32,000 nt of DNA, from NCBI GenBank assembly GCA_054661495.1, contig BAAFSQ010000085.1, positions 5,011-37,010 of the forward strand, given 5' to 3'. Below, one piece after another: positions 12,801 to 24,936 of the stretch. The translations under genes were made by a program, and so were the position numbers. The notes under the pieces are model-generated. The model ran no database searches, was not told where the DNA came from, and worked only from the letters and a program-made list of their open reading frames with translations. Each line of letters starts with the position of its first letter. Position 1 is the first letter of the stretch. Origin of the DNA: Zygophlyctis sp. KS116 (Eukaryota; Fungi; Chytridiomycota).

Positions 12801-13355
12801 CAACCAATATTTTGGATCAGCAAATTGCTTAATCTCCTCGTTTGGCACTCCCAATGCTCTCATAATCTGAAACTGATACTTTAAACCCGTAGATTTGGCA
12901 TTTAGCTTCCCATGCTTCTTCACAATTTTTGTTGGATCCGTCTCTTTATTATGAGCCGTTTCACTGGGTCCAGGAGCTCCAGTTGATTCTTCAGTTTCTT
13001 CTACATAATTTGAGAAATCCGAACCAAACAACTCAATTTCCCTTTTTAGTTTATCAGCACAAGCCTTGATTGGCATTCCGGTACAGTGAAATCCAAAAGG
13101 AAATAATACTCTCTTCCCCTTCATTCTTTGATATCCAACAGTGAATTCCACCTTTGACAATGAGAATGAGTGCCCCAAATGGAGTCTTCCATTCATGTAA
13201 GGGTAAGGAAAAGAAACCATATATTTTGGTGGCACAGTTTCCCCAGGCTCCGGAGCATCAACTTGAAATGGTTTGATGACATTCCATTCACTTTGCACCT
13301 GTTTCTCAATTGCAACCAGTGAATCCCTCTTTGTGAATGCTTTGGATGATAGCAT
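9845..13355 (-). CDS. CDC60: Cytoplasmic leucyl-tRNA synthetase, 4 introns
   Basis: PYPYMNGRLHLGH (HIGH), ATLRPETMYGQTN, GTGVVTSVPSDSPDD (editing domain) and KMSKS. Introns 11704-11841 (138 nt), 11495-11523, 10183-10212, 10064-10089. Confidence 0.97.
11733..11819 (-). ncRNA. snR54: Intronic box C/D snoRNA, snR54/SNORD59 (U59) family, predicted 18S rRNA 2'-O-methylation guide
   Basis: On the minus strand: box C ATGATGA (11805-11811), guide TTTCGTTCTT directly before D' CTGA (11771-11774), box D CTGA (11740-11743), and terminal stem GTGCAAA/TTTGTGC. The guide is complementary to conserved 18S AAGAACGAAA. The family assignment rests on my recollection of U59/snR54. Confidence 0.88.
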
Positions 13356-13430
13356 TGATCTAATTGATTTTATTAAAATCTTGAAAAAGAAATAAGCTCC
13401 TAACCGCTTTTTAAAAAGAAAATAAAGTTC

Positions 13431-14408
13431 CTAAGCACTATTGGTGAAGGTCTTGAGGGAATCCAGGGTTTCTTGATCAAGATCTAGAACCAGTACAGGA
13501 AGTAGAGCTTCTTCAGTCCTACCACTGATTGTAAATGTTGCCTTGAGTTGATGAGATACAGATACCATCTTATGACTAAATGCAGTTACCACATCTACTG
13601 ATTTCCAAATACTTTTTGGATTTTTAATTCTAGAATCACGAAGAGGAATATCGATTGAAATTCTGCTACTGACTGGAATCTTTGTTTTTCCTGATTTTTT
13701 AACAGGTGTACTTTCAGCAAGAACATAGTCAATTCTTCGAACCTGACCTTGACAAAATACAGTTTCAGTTTGAATTAATTGAGCCTTTAAGAATTCAACT
13801 GCTCCAGCAGTGTCAATTTTAATATTTAGATTACTTCCCACAAAAATCGCATGTTTGTCAAATCTGATCATAACCTTATCATTTGCAATAATTTCTTCAA
13901 ATTCCAAAACTTGAGGTTCTAAAGCAGCCCAAACTTGTTCTAGTTTAATTGATGGAATATTAATAGGTTCTATAGTCTTTTCAATATATTTCTTTCCAAA
14001 AAGCCCACCCTTATATTGAACTTCTACTTCCAAATCAAAAGTAATGAATGCACCGTCAGTCATTCTCTCACTTATATAAGGTGAGGAATAATTTGATAAT
14101 TGTTGAGGCTTATCAATGATCATTATAAATGGCATGACATGAGTTCCCTTTTCATATTTTGTCGGAGGATCGCCATTCACTAATCTAGTGCTCATATCAT
14201 AAATAACCTCTTCTTGAATAAATTTCAATGTTGAGACAGTAATCTGACTCTTTACCAATCCCTTGAATGAAACTTCAATGTATAAGACTTCGACATCCCT
14301 TGAAGAGTCGAATCGGACTTCCCCTGAAAGAATGAGTTGGGGTGTAATTCCAGCATATCCTCTGATGAATGATCCAGAATCTGGTATCAATGTAAGATTG
14401 GAAATCAT
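13431..14408 (-). CDS. Arrestin-fold (alpha-arrestin-like) protein, no intron seen
   Basis: Beta-strand pattern LSGEVRF...IEVSFKG...GTHVMPF...ITFDLEVEV...VSHQLKATF is typical of arrestin N/C domains. Start placed at ATG 14408. Confidence 0.7.
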   Translation of the reverse strand: MISNLTLIPDSGSFIRGYAGITPQLILSGEVRFDSSRDVEVLYIEVSFKGLVKSQITVSTLKFIQEEVIYDMSTRLVNGDPPTKYEKGTHVMPFIMIIDKPQQLSNYSSPYISERMTDGAFITFDLEVEVQYKGGLFGKKYIEKTIEPINIPSIKLEQVWAALEPQVLEFEEIIANDKVMIRFDKHAIFVGSNLNIKIDTAGAVEFLKAQLIQTETVFCQGQVRRIDYVLAESTPVKKSGKTKIPVSSRISIDIPLRDSRIKNPKSIWKSVDVVTAFSHKMVSVSHQLKATFTISGRTEEALLPVLVLDLDQETLDSLKTFTNSA

Positions 14409-14508
14409 TTCTAAAATAGTAAGACTATATTGCGGCAGGTCAAGGAGCGCTTGTGAAACTGTTTCAGCCTTCTCTGAATGCTTTTCAGTAGAGTAAGATT
14501 TAATATCT

Positions 14509-15726
14509 ATGGCAGGATTTCCCCAATCAGCAAGAGGTTTTATCAGTCTGCAAACAATCAGAGTAAGTAAAGTGCTATTAAATTCAGGCGACAAGAAGAA
14601 GAGATTTGTTTGGACGCCGATCCCAATTTCAATAGGCATATTAGTACTTGCTGCTATACAATCTAGGAAAATCATTGCTAGGCCTAGATATGAAACCGAT
14701 GATGATATTAAGATTACCGGAGATTGGTATATACACCTATATATGATGATGCCTCTGCGTACGCTCTCAAGATGGTGGGGAAAGTTGAATTCAATCACTG
14801 TACCTGAATTTTTAAGAAGTGTATTGTACACACAATATGTATTTTAAAGGAAATTACTAATTTTATATAGGCTAGGATATTTAATGCTAATTTAGAGGAA
14901 GTTGAACATGATCTAGGTCATTTTAAGAACCTTGGAGAGTTTTTTTATAGATCATTGAGGCCAGATGCAAGGCCAATTCATGAGACGGCAGAATTAGTAG
15001 GTTCAGTTCCAGGTTAATTTTTAGGTTTCTCCTGTAGATGGAACCGTTTTGCTTACTGGTAAGGTTGATAATGGGATGGCAGTCATTGATAAAATTAAAA
15101 ATACTTCATATTCTGTGAATGCGCTATTAGGAGATCGAGAAGCCAAATATAATTCTAAAGAATTATTTTATGCAGTTATATATTTAGCACCTGGGGATTA
15201 TCACAGATTTCATTCACCAACAATGTGGAAAATATCAAAATTAAGACATTTTGCTGGAGAAATGTTGTCTGTGTATCCAAAGATTGTCTCTTTAATTCCA
15301 AATATTTTTGTTTTGAATGAAAGGATTGCCCTTTTAGGTGAATGGCGTCATGGATTTTTTGCATTTGTTCCTGTATATTAAGGATTAAATAATGAAATAG
15401 GTTGCTGCTACAAATGTTGGGAATATTCATTTAAATTTTGAACCTGTATTTTTGATTTCTTAATATGTAGACATTAACAACGAATAGACCAGATCAGGTA
15501 CCAGTAACAACTAAAATTGGCGTGTACAATGCTATTGATTATTTTAATCCAGTTACATGTCAACCTGGACAAGAGCTTGGTGGGTTTAAACTTGGTTGTA
15601 ATTTTTATAATCCTTAATTAGATAGCAACGATCGTACTAGTTTTTGAAGCTCCAGAATCGTTTGAATTTTTGGTTGAAAGAGACTCTACGATCAAAATGG
15701 GTGAGGCGTTTGGTAAAATTGAATAA
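14509..15726 (+). CDS. PSD1: Mitochondrial-type phosphatidylserine decarboxylase proenzyme, 5 introns
   Basis: PLRTLSRWWG, FFYRSLRPDARPI, VSPVDG, IYLAPGDYHRFHSP, NER, ATNVG and FKLGSTIVLVFEAP. Introns 14839-14870, 14997-15024, 15373-15400, 15446-15470, 15598-15625. Confidence 0.95.
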
Positions 15727-15785
15727 GAAAAATCTTCATAAAACTCTTGAGATTGAATTACCAACCGATCAGAGCTGAATTTGAT

Positions 15786-16819
15786 ATGAAATCTTCAAGA
15801 ATATTTTCTGGAATTCAACCCACAGGAATCCCACATTTAGGAAACTACCTGGGGGCATTGCGACATTGGGTAGAAGTCCAATCTAGCCATGATTGTATCT
15901 ACAGCATTGCTGATTTGCATGCATTGACAGTTCCTCAAGTTTCAAAGGCTCTAGTGAAGAATACTCGGGAACTGACTGTAGCGTTGCTGGCAATGGGAAT
16001 AGATACCAAAAAAAGTATTTTGTTTAGACAATCAAGAGTAAGTCAGCATACGGAGCTTGCATGGATCTTCTTTTGTAGAACTCCAGTTGGATGGGTAAAG
16101 CGAATGCATCAATGGAAAACTAAAACGGGAAATAATGGATCTGAGGACGATCTTTTACCATTGCTTAATATAGGACTGCTATCGTATCCAGTACTTCAAG
16201 CAGCTGATATCATGTTATATAAAGCATCAAAGGTTCCAGTTGGTGATGATCAATCGCAGCATTTGAATTTAGCGGCAGATATAAGTAAGAGTTTTAATGG
16301 GCATTATAGAAAAAATATTTTTCCCATTCCTCAAGGGAGTAAGTATATTTCAAACTAATAGAAGTTTCAAATCATGGAAAGAGAATAATGTCTCTAAGAA
16401 ATCCAAAAAACAAAATGAGCAAATCGGATTCAAATGCTTCCAGTAGAATACTAATGAATGACTCGGATGATCAGATTGCTTCAAAGATAAGAAAAGCAAC
16501 AACAGATACTCAGCTTGGGATCAGTTGGGATCCAGTTGAAAGGCCGGGTGTAACTAATTTGATTAATATTTTGGCTTGTATTATGAATGAAGAGCCAATA
16601 GAAGTGGCAGAAAAATATTCAAACGATTCAAATCAACAGTTTAAGAACCGTGTTACAGATGCGGTTGTTTCAATTGTGAGACCTGTAAGAGAAGAGATGG
16701 ATAGGATAAATAGAGACATGGATTTGGAGCTTATTTTAGAAGATGGTGAATCTAGGGCAAGAGATATTGCAGAAAATACAATGAAAGAAGTCAGAAATGT
16801 TATTGGATTATCGGATTAA
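15786..16819 (+). CDS. MSW1: Mitochondrial (bacterial-type) tryptophanyl-tRNA synthetase, 1 intron
   Basis: FSGIQPTGIPHLGNYLG, YPVLQAADI, VPVGDDQ and KMSKS. Intron 16339-16361 (or -16364). Confidence 0.95.
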
Positions 16820-16836
16820 TGATTTATACACGAGAA

Positions 16837-19397
16837 TTAAAGAAGCATCACTAATTCAATTTCATTGGGATTACCTCCTTTTTCTTCAAACACGACAATG
16901 GTCGCATCTTGTAGTTCCTGCCCATTGAACTTCACTAACCATTCATATGGAATGTGATAGTAACTCTGAGAAGGTTCCCCACAATTTGTAAGACATTTAT
17001 GATCATAAAATCCGCCAGCGTAATTACATGATTTACAATTGTTATTAGGGGTGATGTCCCAGTATCTACCAATAGAATGTCCATTAACCCAGATATTTCC
17101 TTTTCCCATTTTTGACATATTGAGCGCAAAAGAAACAAAAGGTTTTTGACTTTGGTCTATATTTGCCTTCAAGAGAAGATCTTTAATCTTGATAGAGGGG
17201 ATATAAATTTTATACCATATAAGGGAGGCATAAACAGGTAATTCTTGAGTTTTCCATCCATGATCAACATCTTGATTGTAGTACTGTAACTGTTCGCCCT
17301 GTATTCCTGCTTGATGATTCCAATCATTTTTGCCAAGTTCCTTACCGTTTAAATAAATCAAAGAGTCAAACAATCCTTTTTTGACTGAATCATACCATGG
17401 TCCATAGTTTTTAAGTCCCATAACAACAGACAGAATAGTTATATTATGAGATTGATTGACCGATGAAGATAACATGCTTGAAGGAAGAAATGCTGGTTTA
17501 CTTATATTATAAAAAATTACCAGATATTTCTCTTGTTTCATCCAGAGAGGTTGGAACCGAAATTGCAGAAGGAAACATTGGAATATCATCAACCCAAATG
17601 TACCAAACATCGGTGACCGATTTGATATTGACAAATATCGGCTGTAGATTATTTATTTCCAAATTGATGTTGGATAATGAATACCATAGATAGTCCGTTT
17701 TATCTTTGGTAATTGATAATTGTTCCTGCAAAACATCAATCTTTGAGCTAGAGTTGTCCCATATCCCGATGTTTTCAGGAATCCATTGCATAATTAATTC
17801 AGCATCTTCAAATTTATATCGCAAATCCGTTTCTTTTGGATCTTTTCTTGGCGATTTACTGGGTACTACTACTACGTCTGACGTAGAAAAAAGAAGTTTC
17901 AAATCATTTCCACCCTTTTTCTTATCGTAGAATTCAACTGTCCATTTAGGAACAATGTAGGATTTCTGACCGAATTTGAATGTCGCAGAGTTTTTATCCC
18001 GGTAATTACTAAAAACGACAAGAGCTTCTGATGAGTCATCAGTATCACCATATATATGAACCTCCTTGCCCCACCCAGGATAAAGATACTTTGGTTTAGA
18101 ATTCAGTAAAAGTTGTTCATATTTACGAAGAACAAAATGTAGTTTGGCAAGATGATCGTATTTAGGCTGTGAAGGAAATCCATATTCATTTACTGGAGCA
18201 TCGTAGTCGTAAGAGGTTGTCTGATACTCTCCTCCATTCCTCCCAAAATTTGTACCTATATTTCAATAGATCTAGTGTTACCACCATGCCACATATAATA
18301 CGAAACATATGTCCCACCTTTTATTATAAATCGAGCAATCGAAAACGCCAAATCTTGAGAAGTTCTTATTGGCTTTGCATCACCCCATTGCTGAAACCAA
18401 CCAGACCAAAGTTCGGTAAACATGGCTGGTTGCTTAATGGATACCGAATGTTGACCGATCCAATTGTCGCTATATATAAGATCTTAAAAACTAACCAATA
18501 AAACCCATTACAAGTCGTTATTACCGTTTTTATTCCCTCAGAGAGACACATAATCCATGGAACACCAGTATCTAAATTATTGGCAAGATCAGCTGCCCAG
18601 GAAATATATCTTTTTCCATCCTCCCCATATGATTTAATTACATCTACGATTATAAAGTTAAAATTATACTATCATATTCATTTTCAATCTGCATCATAAT
18701 TATGTTTCCACCTTTACTAGCAAGAAAAGCATCAATTGCATTTACAGTTTTCCTTACAAAAATTTCCATGGAATCCATAAATGGCTGATTCCAAGTTCGG
18801 ACTGTTAGTCCACTTATATCTCTTATCCAATAAGGGAATCCTCCAAAGTTCCATTCTGTATATAATTATCCAATAATATTTACCTGCACAAACATACGGC
18901 CCGATTCTTAGATTAACCCATAAATCTTCATCTTTGGCTGTTTTCAAAAATTTAAGTAAATCATCAAAATCGAATTTCCCTTCTTGTGGTTCATGCAAAT
19001 TCCAAAAAACATAAGTATCAATAGTATTTATGCCCGCTTCCTTGGCTTGTTTAAGCAAGTGCGCCCACATTCCTGGAGACGATCTAGGATAGTGAATCGC
19101 CCCAACAATCAGTAACTGCCGTTTACCATCAATTGTTAATGCATGATCATCATAAGAAATGTTTGTTAGTTTTTGTCTCGGAACTGTAGTATCAATCTGT
19201 TTTCTTTCATTAGGCATGTATGAAAATATTGATTTTTTTTCCAGCAAAACTGTTATGAGTGCGGTCATGATCATGATTAAAAGCATAAAAGAACTCCATA
19301 ATAAATATCTTCTTTTATCATCAGGCTTATAGTATGGGTCAAATTCTTCCATTTGTGATTCTACTGCATCATCATTAGTGTGGTTGTCCGAATTCAT
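16837..19397 (-). CDS. GH35 beta-galactosidase, plant-BGAL-like, N-terminal membrane anchor, 5 introns (paralog 1)
   Basis: [34 protein letters not shown] (acid/base Glu), FTELWSGWF (nucleophile Glu), [17 protein letters not shown] and PSQSYYHIP. Introns 18856-18883, 18644-18669, 18470-18495, 18256-18281, 17493-17520. An alternative start lies at 19412. Confidence 0.93.
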
Positions 19398-19444
19398 TAG
19401 TATCTCGCGCATGAGTGAAAGAATCACGAAAATTGAACGCGTGA

Positions 19445-20600
19445 ATGAAGGGATCAAACGGTTTGCAATGGATCAATTTCAACCATGATCAGTCGCTTGT
19501 AAGCATGGGTACTAGATTAGGCTGTCGGGTATTTAGCATCAATAATGAAATACAATGCGTTTTTTCTAGAGAGTCAAAGGATTTAGGAATTGTTCAATTG
19601 CAAAACTCAAATCTGTTACTACTAACCGGCGCTTCTTCTAGATTTCCTCCTAATAGGCTGTGTATATATGATGTTCAAAATTCTTTAAATCTGTTGCAAA
19701 TAGAACTCAAAAGTAGAATCCTTAATCTGCATTGGGTCAAGCAATGGTTGGTTGTTATTTTACAGGATTCAGTCTATGTATATATCATTGATGAAAGCCC
19801 ACGGAAACGTTTTGTTTTTGAAACTTGTAGTAATTCGGAAGGATTGGCGGATTTACATGTTGGTGAAACTTGTCTTTTGGCAATTCCTGGTAGAAATCTT
19901 GGGCAGGTAAAAGTTCAGTCATAAGAAATAGGTTCAAATAGTTAAGCTCTCAGACGCTAAAAATGTTGCAATTTCATTAATTCTTGCTCATTCATCTGGA
20001 ATAACTTGTCTAAAGTTATCTGATTCTGGAAAACTACTTGCCACAGCATCTGAAAAAGGAACTCTAATTAGAATTTGGGATGTATCGTCTTCTAGACTCT
20101 TGACAGAGCTGAGAAGAGGGACTGATCAGGCTAGAATATATAGTTTGGCATTTTCTAGTGAAGAAACTAGACTTGCAGTATCTTCAGATAAAGGAACGAT
20201 TCATGTTTTTAATCTGATCTCAACAGATAGAATCTCTTCATCTCCGCCTCTTTCTGGGAATAGAATTTCAGTTTTTTCACCATTGTCATCATATCTTCCC
20301 AAATACTTTTCTTCAGAATGGAGTTGGGCGTCATTTTCACTACCAATTGGTAATATTAAGATTATTTATTTTTTAGAATCTCAATGTATTCTAAAATTCT
20401 ACTCTTCTCAATCTGGAAGTAATGAATGTATTGTGGTTTTGTGTTCTGATGGCTCATTATATAAATATAGACTTTCTGAAGCAAACAGGACATTTACTCT
20501 AGATACGTTTCAGGTTTTATGGCATGACACTGCGAATCCTGGTTTATGGAATAACATTAAAGATTTCTGGGATGATTGGTTTGAAGAAGGCCTGATCTAA
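19445..20600 (+). CDS. HSV2: PROPPIN beta-propeller (Hsv2/WIPI3-4-like autophagy protein), 2 introns
   Basis: ATASEKGTLIRIWD, ELRRG phosphoinositide-binding motif, SSDKGTIHVF and LPKYFSSEWS. Introns 19907-19931 and 20350-20376 (in-frame). Confidence 0.9.
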
Positions 20601-20684
20601 ATTCATATCTTTTCAGGAATGGGAATATAAAAGTATAGACATAATAATTTCTTTGATGTTTTCATGCCCGAAAACGCGCAGTAA

Positions 20685-22354
20685 ATGAAGAGATTCGTCC
20701 GCTCTCTATCGTCCAAAGTCTCAGAGTTCTCCCTCCATGAGAAACTACTCAAGGACCTTGGAATCGCTGAAGAGAATTTAGGCGTATTCAATGGAAAATG
20801 GTCCGGAGGCCAATTATTCCATTCTGTCAATCCAGCAACTAATCGTATCATCGCAAGTACTAGAGTAGGATCTCCAAAGGATGTACAGGATACTCTTTTA
20901 CTCATGGAGAAAATAAAGCCTCAATGGAGAGCGATGCCAATGCCAAAGCGTGGAGAAATCGTACGACAGATGCGGCAAGCTCTTGATGATAAGAAGGAAT
21001 CTCTAGGAAAACTTGTAGCACTGGAAATGGGGAAAATATTACCAGAGGGAATTGGAGAAGTTCAGGAATATGTTGACATTTGTGATTATGCTATTGGACT
21101 CAGCAGAATTGTAAGATTTCCAAGATAATTCATTCTTTAGGTTGGAGGATCTACTCTACCATCAGAAAGACCTGGACATTTTATGATGGAAGAGTGGAAC
21201 CCTTTGGGAACGGTTGGAGTAATTTCGGCATTTAATTTCCCTGTTGCAGTATATGGTAATGAAATCAAATGGATTAATTCTAAGGCTGGAACTCTGCTCT
21301 TGCTTTGACTTTAGGGAATTCAGTGTAATATTCAGATTCAATAATTTGCATAGTTTATGGAAAGCAGCTCCAACTGTTAATTTGTGCGCAATCGCGGTTA
21401 CTAAAATCCTTCAGAAGGTTTTAGAGGATAATAATATTCCTGGGGCTTTATGCTCTCTAGTTTGTGGCGGAGCAGATGTTGGACAAGAGATGGCTTCTAA
21501 TTCATTGGTCGATCTCTTGTCATTTACTGGATCTACTGAAGTGGGAAGAACAGTCGGTACAATAGTCCAGAAAAGATTTGGTCGTTCACTTTTGGAATTG
21601 GGCGGAAATAATGCAATCATCTGTATGGATGATGCAGATATAGATTTGGCTGTACGATCGGTACTATTTGCCGCTGTGGGTACTGCTGGTCAAAGATGTA
21701 CGACCACTAGGAGACTTTTGCTTCATGAATCAATTAAAGACGAGTTTATCTCTAGACTTATTCGTGCATATTCTCACATAAAAATTGGAGATCCATTGCA
21801 GTCAGGTACTAAATTTACTCATTGAGCCAAAAGGAATTTTATGTGGGCCTCTTCATACAAAGGCGGCGATTGAAGCATTCAAAAATGGTGTTGATAAAGT
21901 CAAGAAGCAGGGTGGAACTATTATTTGCGGTGGAAATGTTATACCATCTGAGGGTAACTTTGTAGAACCAACCATCACAAGCATTTCATATGATGCACCT
22001 GTTGTACAAAATGAAATATTTGTACCTATTCTTCACACGATGACCTTCAAAACTTTAGATGAAGCTATATTCATTAATAACAGTGTTAAGCAAGGTTTAA
22101 GCTCCAGCTTGTTTACTTCATCAGTATCAAACATTTTCAAATGGACCGGGGCAAATGGTTCAGATTGTGGAATTGTTAATGTCAATATACCAACAAATGG
22201 AGCTGAAATAGGAGGAGCTTTCGGCGGGAATAAAGAGACAGGCTGGGGTAGAGAGAGTGGATCAGACTCTTGGAAGCAGTATGCTCGACGAGCTACATGT
22301 ACCGTAAATTATAGTGGCTCTCTTCCGCTTGCGCAAGGTATAAAGTTTGAATGA
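20685..22354 (+). CDS. ALDH7A1: Aldehyde dehydrogenase family 7 (antiquitin / aminoadipate-semialdehyde dehydrogenase), 4 introns
   Basis: [52 protein letters not shown] and C-terminal [10 protein letters not shown]. Introns 21111-21140, 21256-21284, 21325-21353, 21806-21833. Confidence 0.96.
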
Positions 22355-22372
22355 ATAAATTATTCGATAAAT

Positions 22373-24936
22373 TCAATTTAAAAGTACTAATTGAACGCCT
22401 GTGGGATCACCTCCCTTTTCCTCAAATAGTATTATCTCTAAAGTAGAGGGTGAAAAATTCTCCCCCAGTATCCAATCGCTCGGAATATGATAATAACTCT
22501 GACTGGGTTTTTGGCAATCTATAGGGCATTTTGTCGCAAAGAATGACCCTGCCCAATCACAATTCGGACATTCTGTATGTTCAGATTGAATATCCCAATA
22601 TCGCCCTACAGAATGAGTGACGCCTCTACTTGAAATCCATGCATGTCCCTTACCCATTGTGCCAAGAAAAAGTGTAAATGAGACTAATCCTTTGGTATAG
22701 AGGTGGGATTGTTTCATCATTTCTAAGATTTCCTCTCTAGATATAGTTATTTTGTACCAAATTAAAGGCGCCTGAATTGCATGTGTGGCTATAGGTGTCC
22801 ATGGAAAATCATTCGGATTTTCGTAATACTTAGAGATTATGATAATTCAACTTACTGCTTTGTACTCGCCTTTAAGCCCAATTTGGTGAATCCAATCTCC
22901 TTCTGTTATATCATGGCTGTTCATCATAATTGATCCGTAAAGTCCTTTTTGGACTCTCTCATAAAAAGCACCATAGTTTAGTAGTCCCATGGTAACAGAT
23001 AATATGCTTATATTGAAACGAGAGCTTGAAAATCTTGAAGTAGGAATAACAACTATCAAATTATTTTGCTGTGTTAAATACCTTTAGTTGAGGAATCGTG
23101 ATTCTTCTCTCCTTGCTGGTCCAAATTAACGTTCATTACAGCTACTTCATCACGATGTGCTAAATTTCCATCAATATATATGTATACGAGATCAGTCGGA
23201 GGTCTGATAGTAATAACCACACTTTCTTTATTTTCAATCTGGAGATCCAAATTGTTACGATGGTACCATAAATAATCAGTTTTGTCATTTGTAAACCTAA
23301 TTTGCTCAACTGGCCTGTTAAATGTATATGCTAATGATTTTTCCCAGATCCCAACCGGTTCCTTAATCCAGCTAATGGACGTTGACAAGACTTTTAGTCT
23401 TGATTCTGATGAGGAAGGCTCTCTTTGACCATTTAGGAGGGCTGTCTGAGGTGAAATCGCAGAAGTTGAGAACAATTCTGACAATAACTCATCTGATCCT
23501 TTTTTAAGCAAAAGCGCTGTCCATTTTGGGACTTTGAAAAACTGGCCATTCAAGCTTATTGCGGCGTCACGTTTAGAATCTGAATTAATCAAGAAAACAA
23601 ATGCATTTGATTCTTCCGAATCCCCATAAATATACGCTTCCTTTAAAAGTTAAACAAAACACAGGTACCTGATACCAACCAAAACTAATTTTTTTGGGGC
23701 TATTGGCGAGCAAAATTTCTGCATTATCATTTATTACTCTATGCAGACTTGCCAAATGATGATATTTTTTCGTTTCAAAGCCATATTCATTGAGTGGAGC
23801 GTCGTAATCATAACTGGTGACTTTAAAGTCACTTCCCCATCTCTCACTCAAAATTAGATTAGCGATTGTTTCTTACAAATTTGTACCGCCATGCCACATG
23901 TAATATGTTAAAAAAGAACCACCTTTGGCAAACCAAAGAGCCACCGAGTATGCTAAATCTTCTGACGGTCTAATCAACTTTGGGGTTGCCCAATGCTGAA
24001 ACCATCCTGTCCAAAGCTCAGTAAACATGGCTGGAGTATTGTAAGCATTTTTCCAATGCTGATTAATCCAATTATGACAATAGAACCCATTGCAAGTGAG
24101 TATAATTGTGTCAATATTGTTTTGTTGGCACATAAACCATGGTACTCCCGTATCAAGACTATTTGCGAGATCTGCCGCCCAAACTATATACTTGTCCCCT
24201 TTTTGCCCGTATTCCTTTTGAACGTTGCCATATTCATTTTCCATTTGCATTGCTATTATAGGACCTCCCCCACTATCTTTTAAAAATATATAACAATACG
24301 TAGCAAGATATGGCCTAACTACCTCTACTGATTTACGAACAAAGCTTTCCATTAAGGTCATAAATGGCGCATTCCATGTCCGAAATACCATATCTTGTCA
24401 TAAATTCAAAACCATTATTACCTGGCTTTTTTAATAGCCAAGAGGGTATACCACCCAAATTCCATTCTGCGCACACATATGGCCCAATCCTCAGGATAAC
24501 ATACAATCCATGATCTTGGGCAAGTTTTAGAAATAGTGGTAAATTCGCATATCCTATAATTATTTTTATTTCCTATACCTGTTTCAAAATCATACTGACC
24601 TTCTATTGGTTCATGTAAATTCCAAAAAACATAGGTATCTATAGCATTTATACCTGCTTCCTTTGATTTTTTGAATAAATGGGGCCACATTCCTGGCGAT
24701 GATCTTGGATAATGAATAGCTCCCACTATGAGTAATTCTCTTTTACCATTAATGATAAATGAGCGATGATCATAAGTAATATTTGAAAGAGTTTGTGAGC
24801 GGACACTCGGATATATTTTTTCCCGTTGAAAGAGAGATAATGTAATTGAAATCCCAATAATAAATAGTAAAAGACGCATGAGTCTTCCTTTTCTACGCAG
24901 ACTATTTCTCATTATCAAGGAAGCTTTTAAAATCAT
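22373..24936 (-). CDS. GH35 beta-galactosidase, plant-BGAL-like, N-terminal signal/anchor, 7 introns (paralog 2)
   Basis: Same motif set as paralog 1 with both catalytic Glu ([14 protein letters not shown]). Introns 24554-24578, 24394-24421, 24273-24299, 23847-23876, 23641-23668, 23053-23081, 22829-22855. Confidence 0.93.

Noticed and set aside
14409-14831. Long antisense overlap of the 466-aa minus ORF with PSD1
   Set aside because: The extension starts at a non-ATG codon and is the reverse complement of PSD1 exon 1 and the spacer. The arrestin-like pattern begins at ATG 14408.
9845-16819. Functional cluster of two aminoacyl-tRNA synthetases
   Set aside because: They serve different compartments and are separated by unrelated genes, so chance in a gene-dense genome is sufficient.
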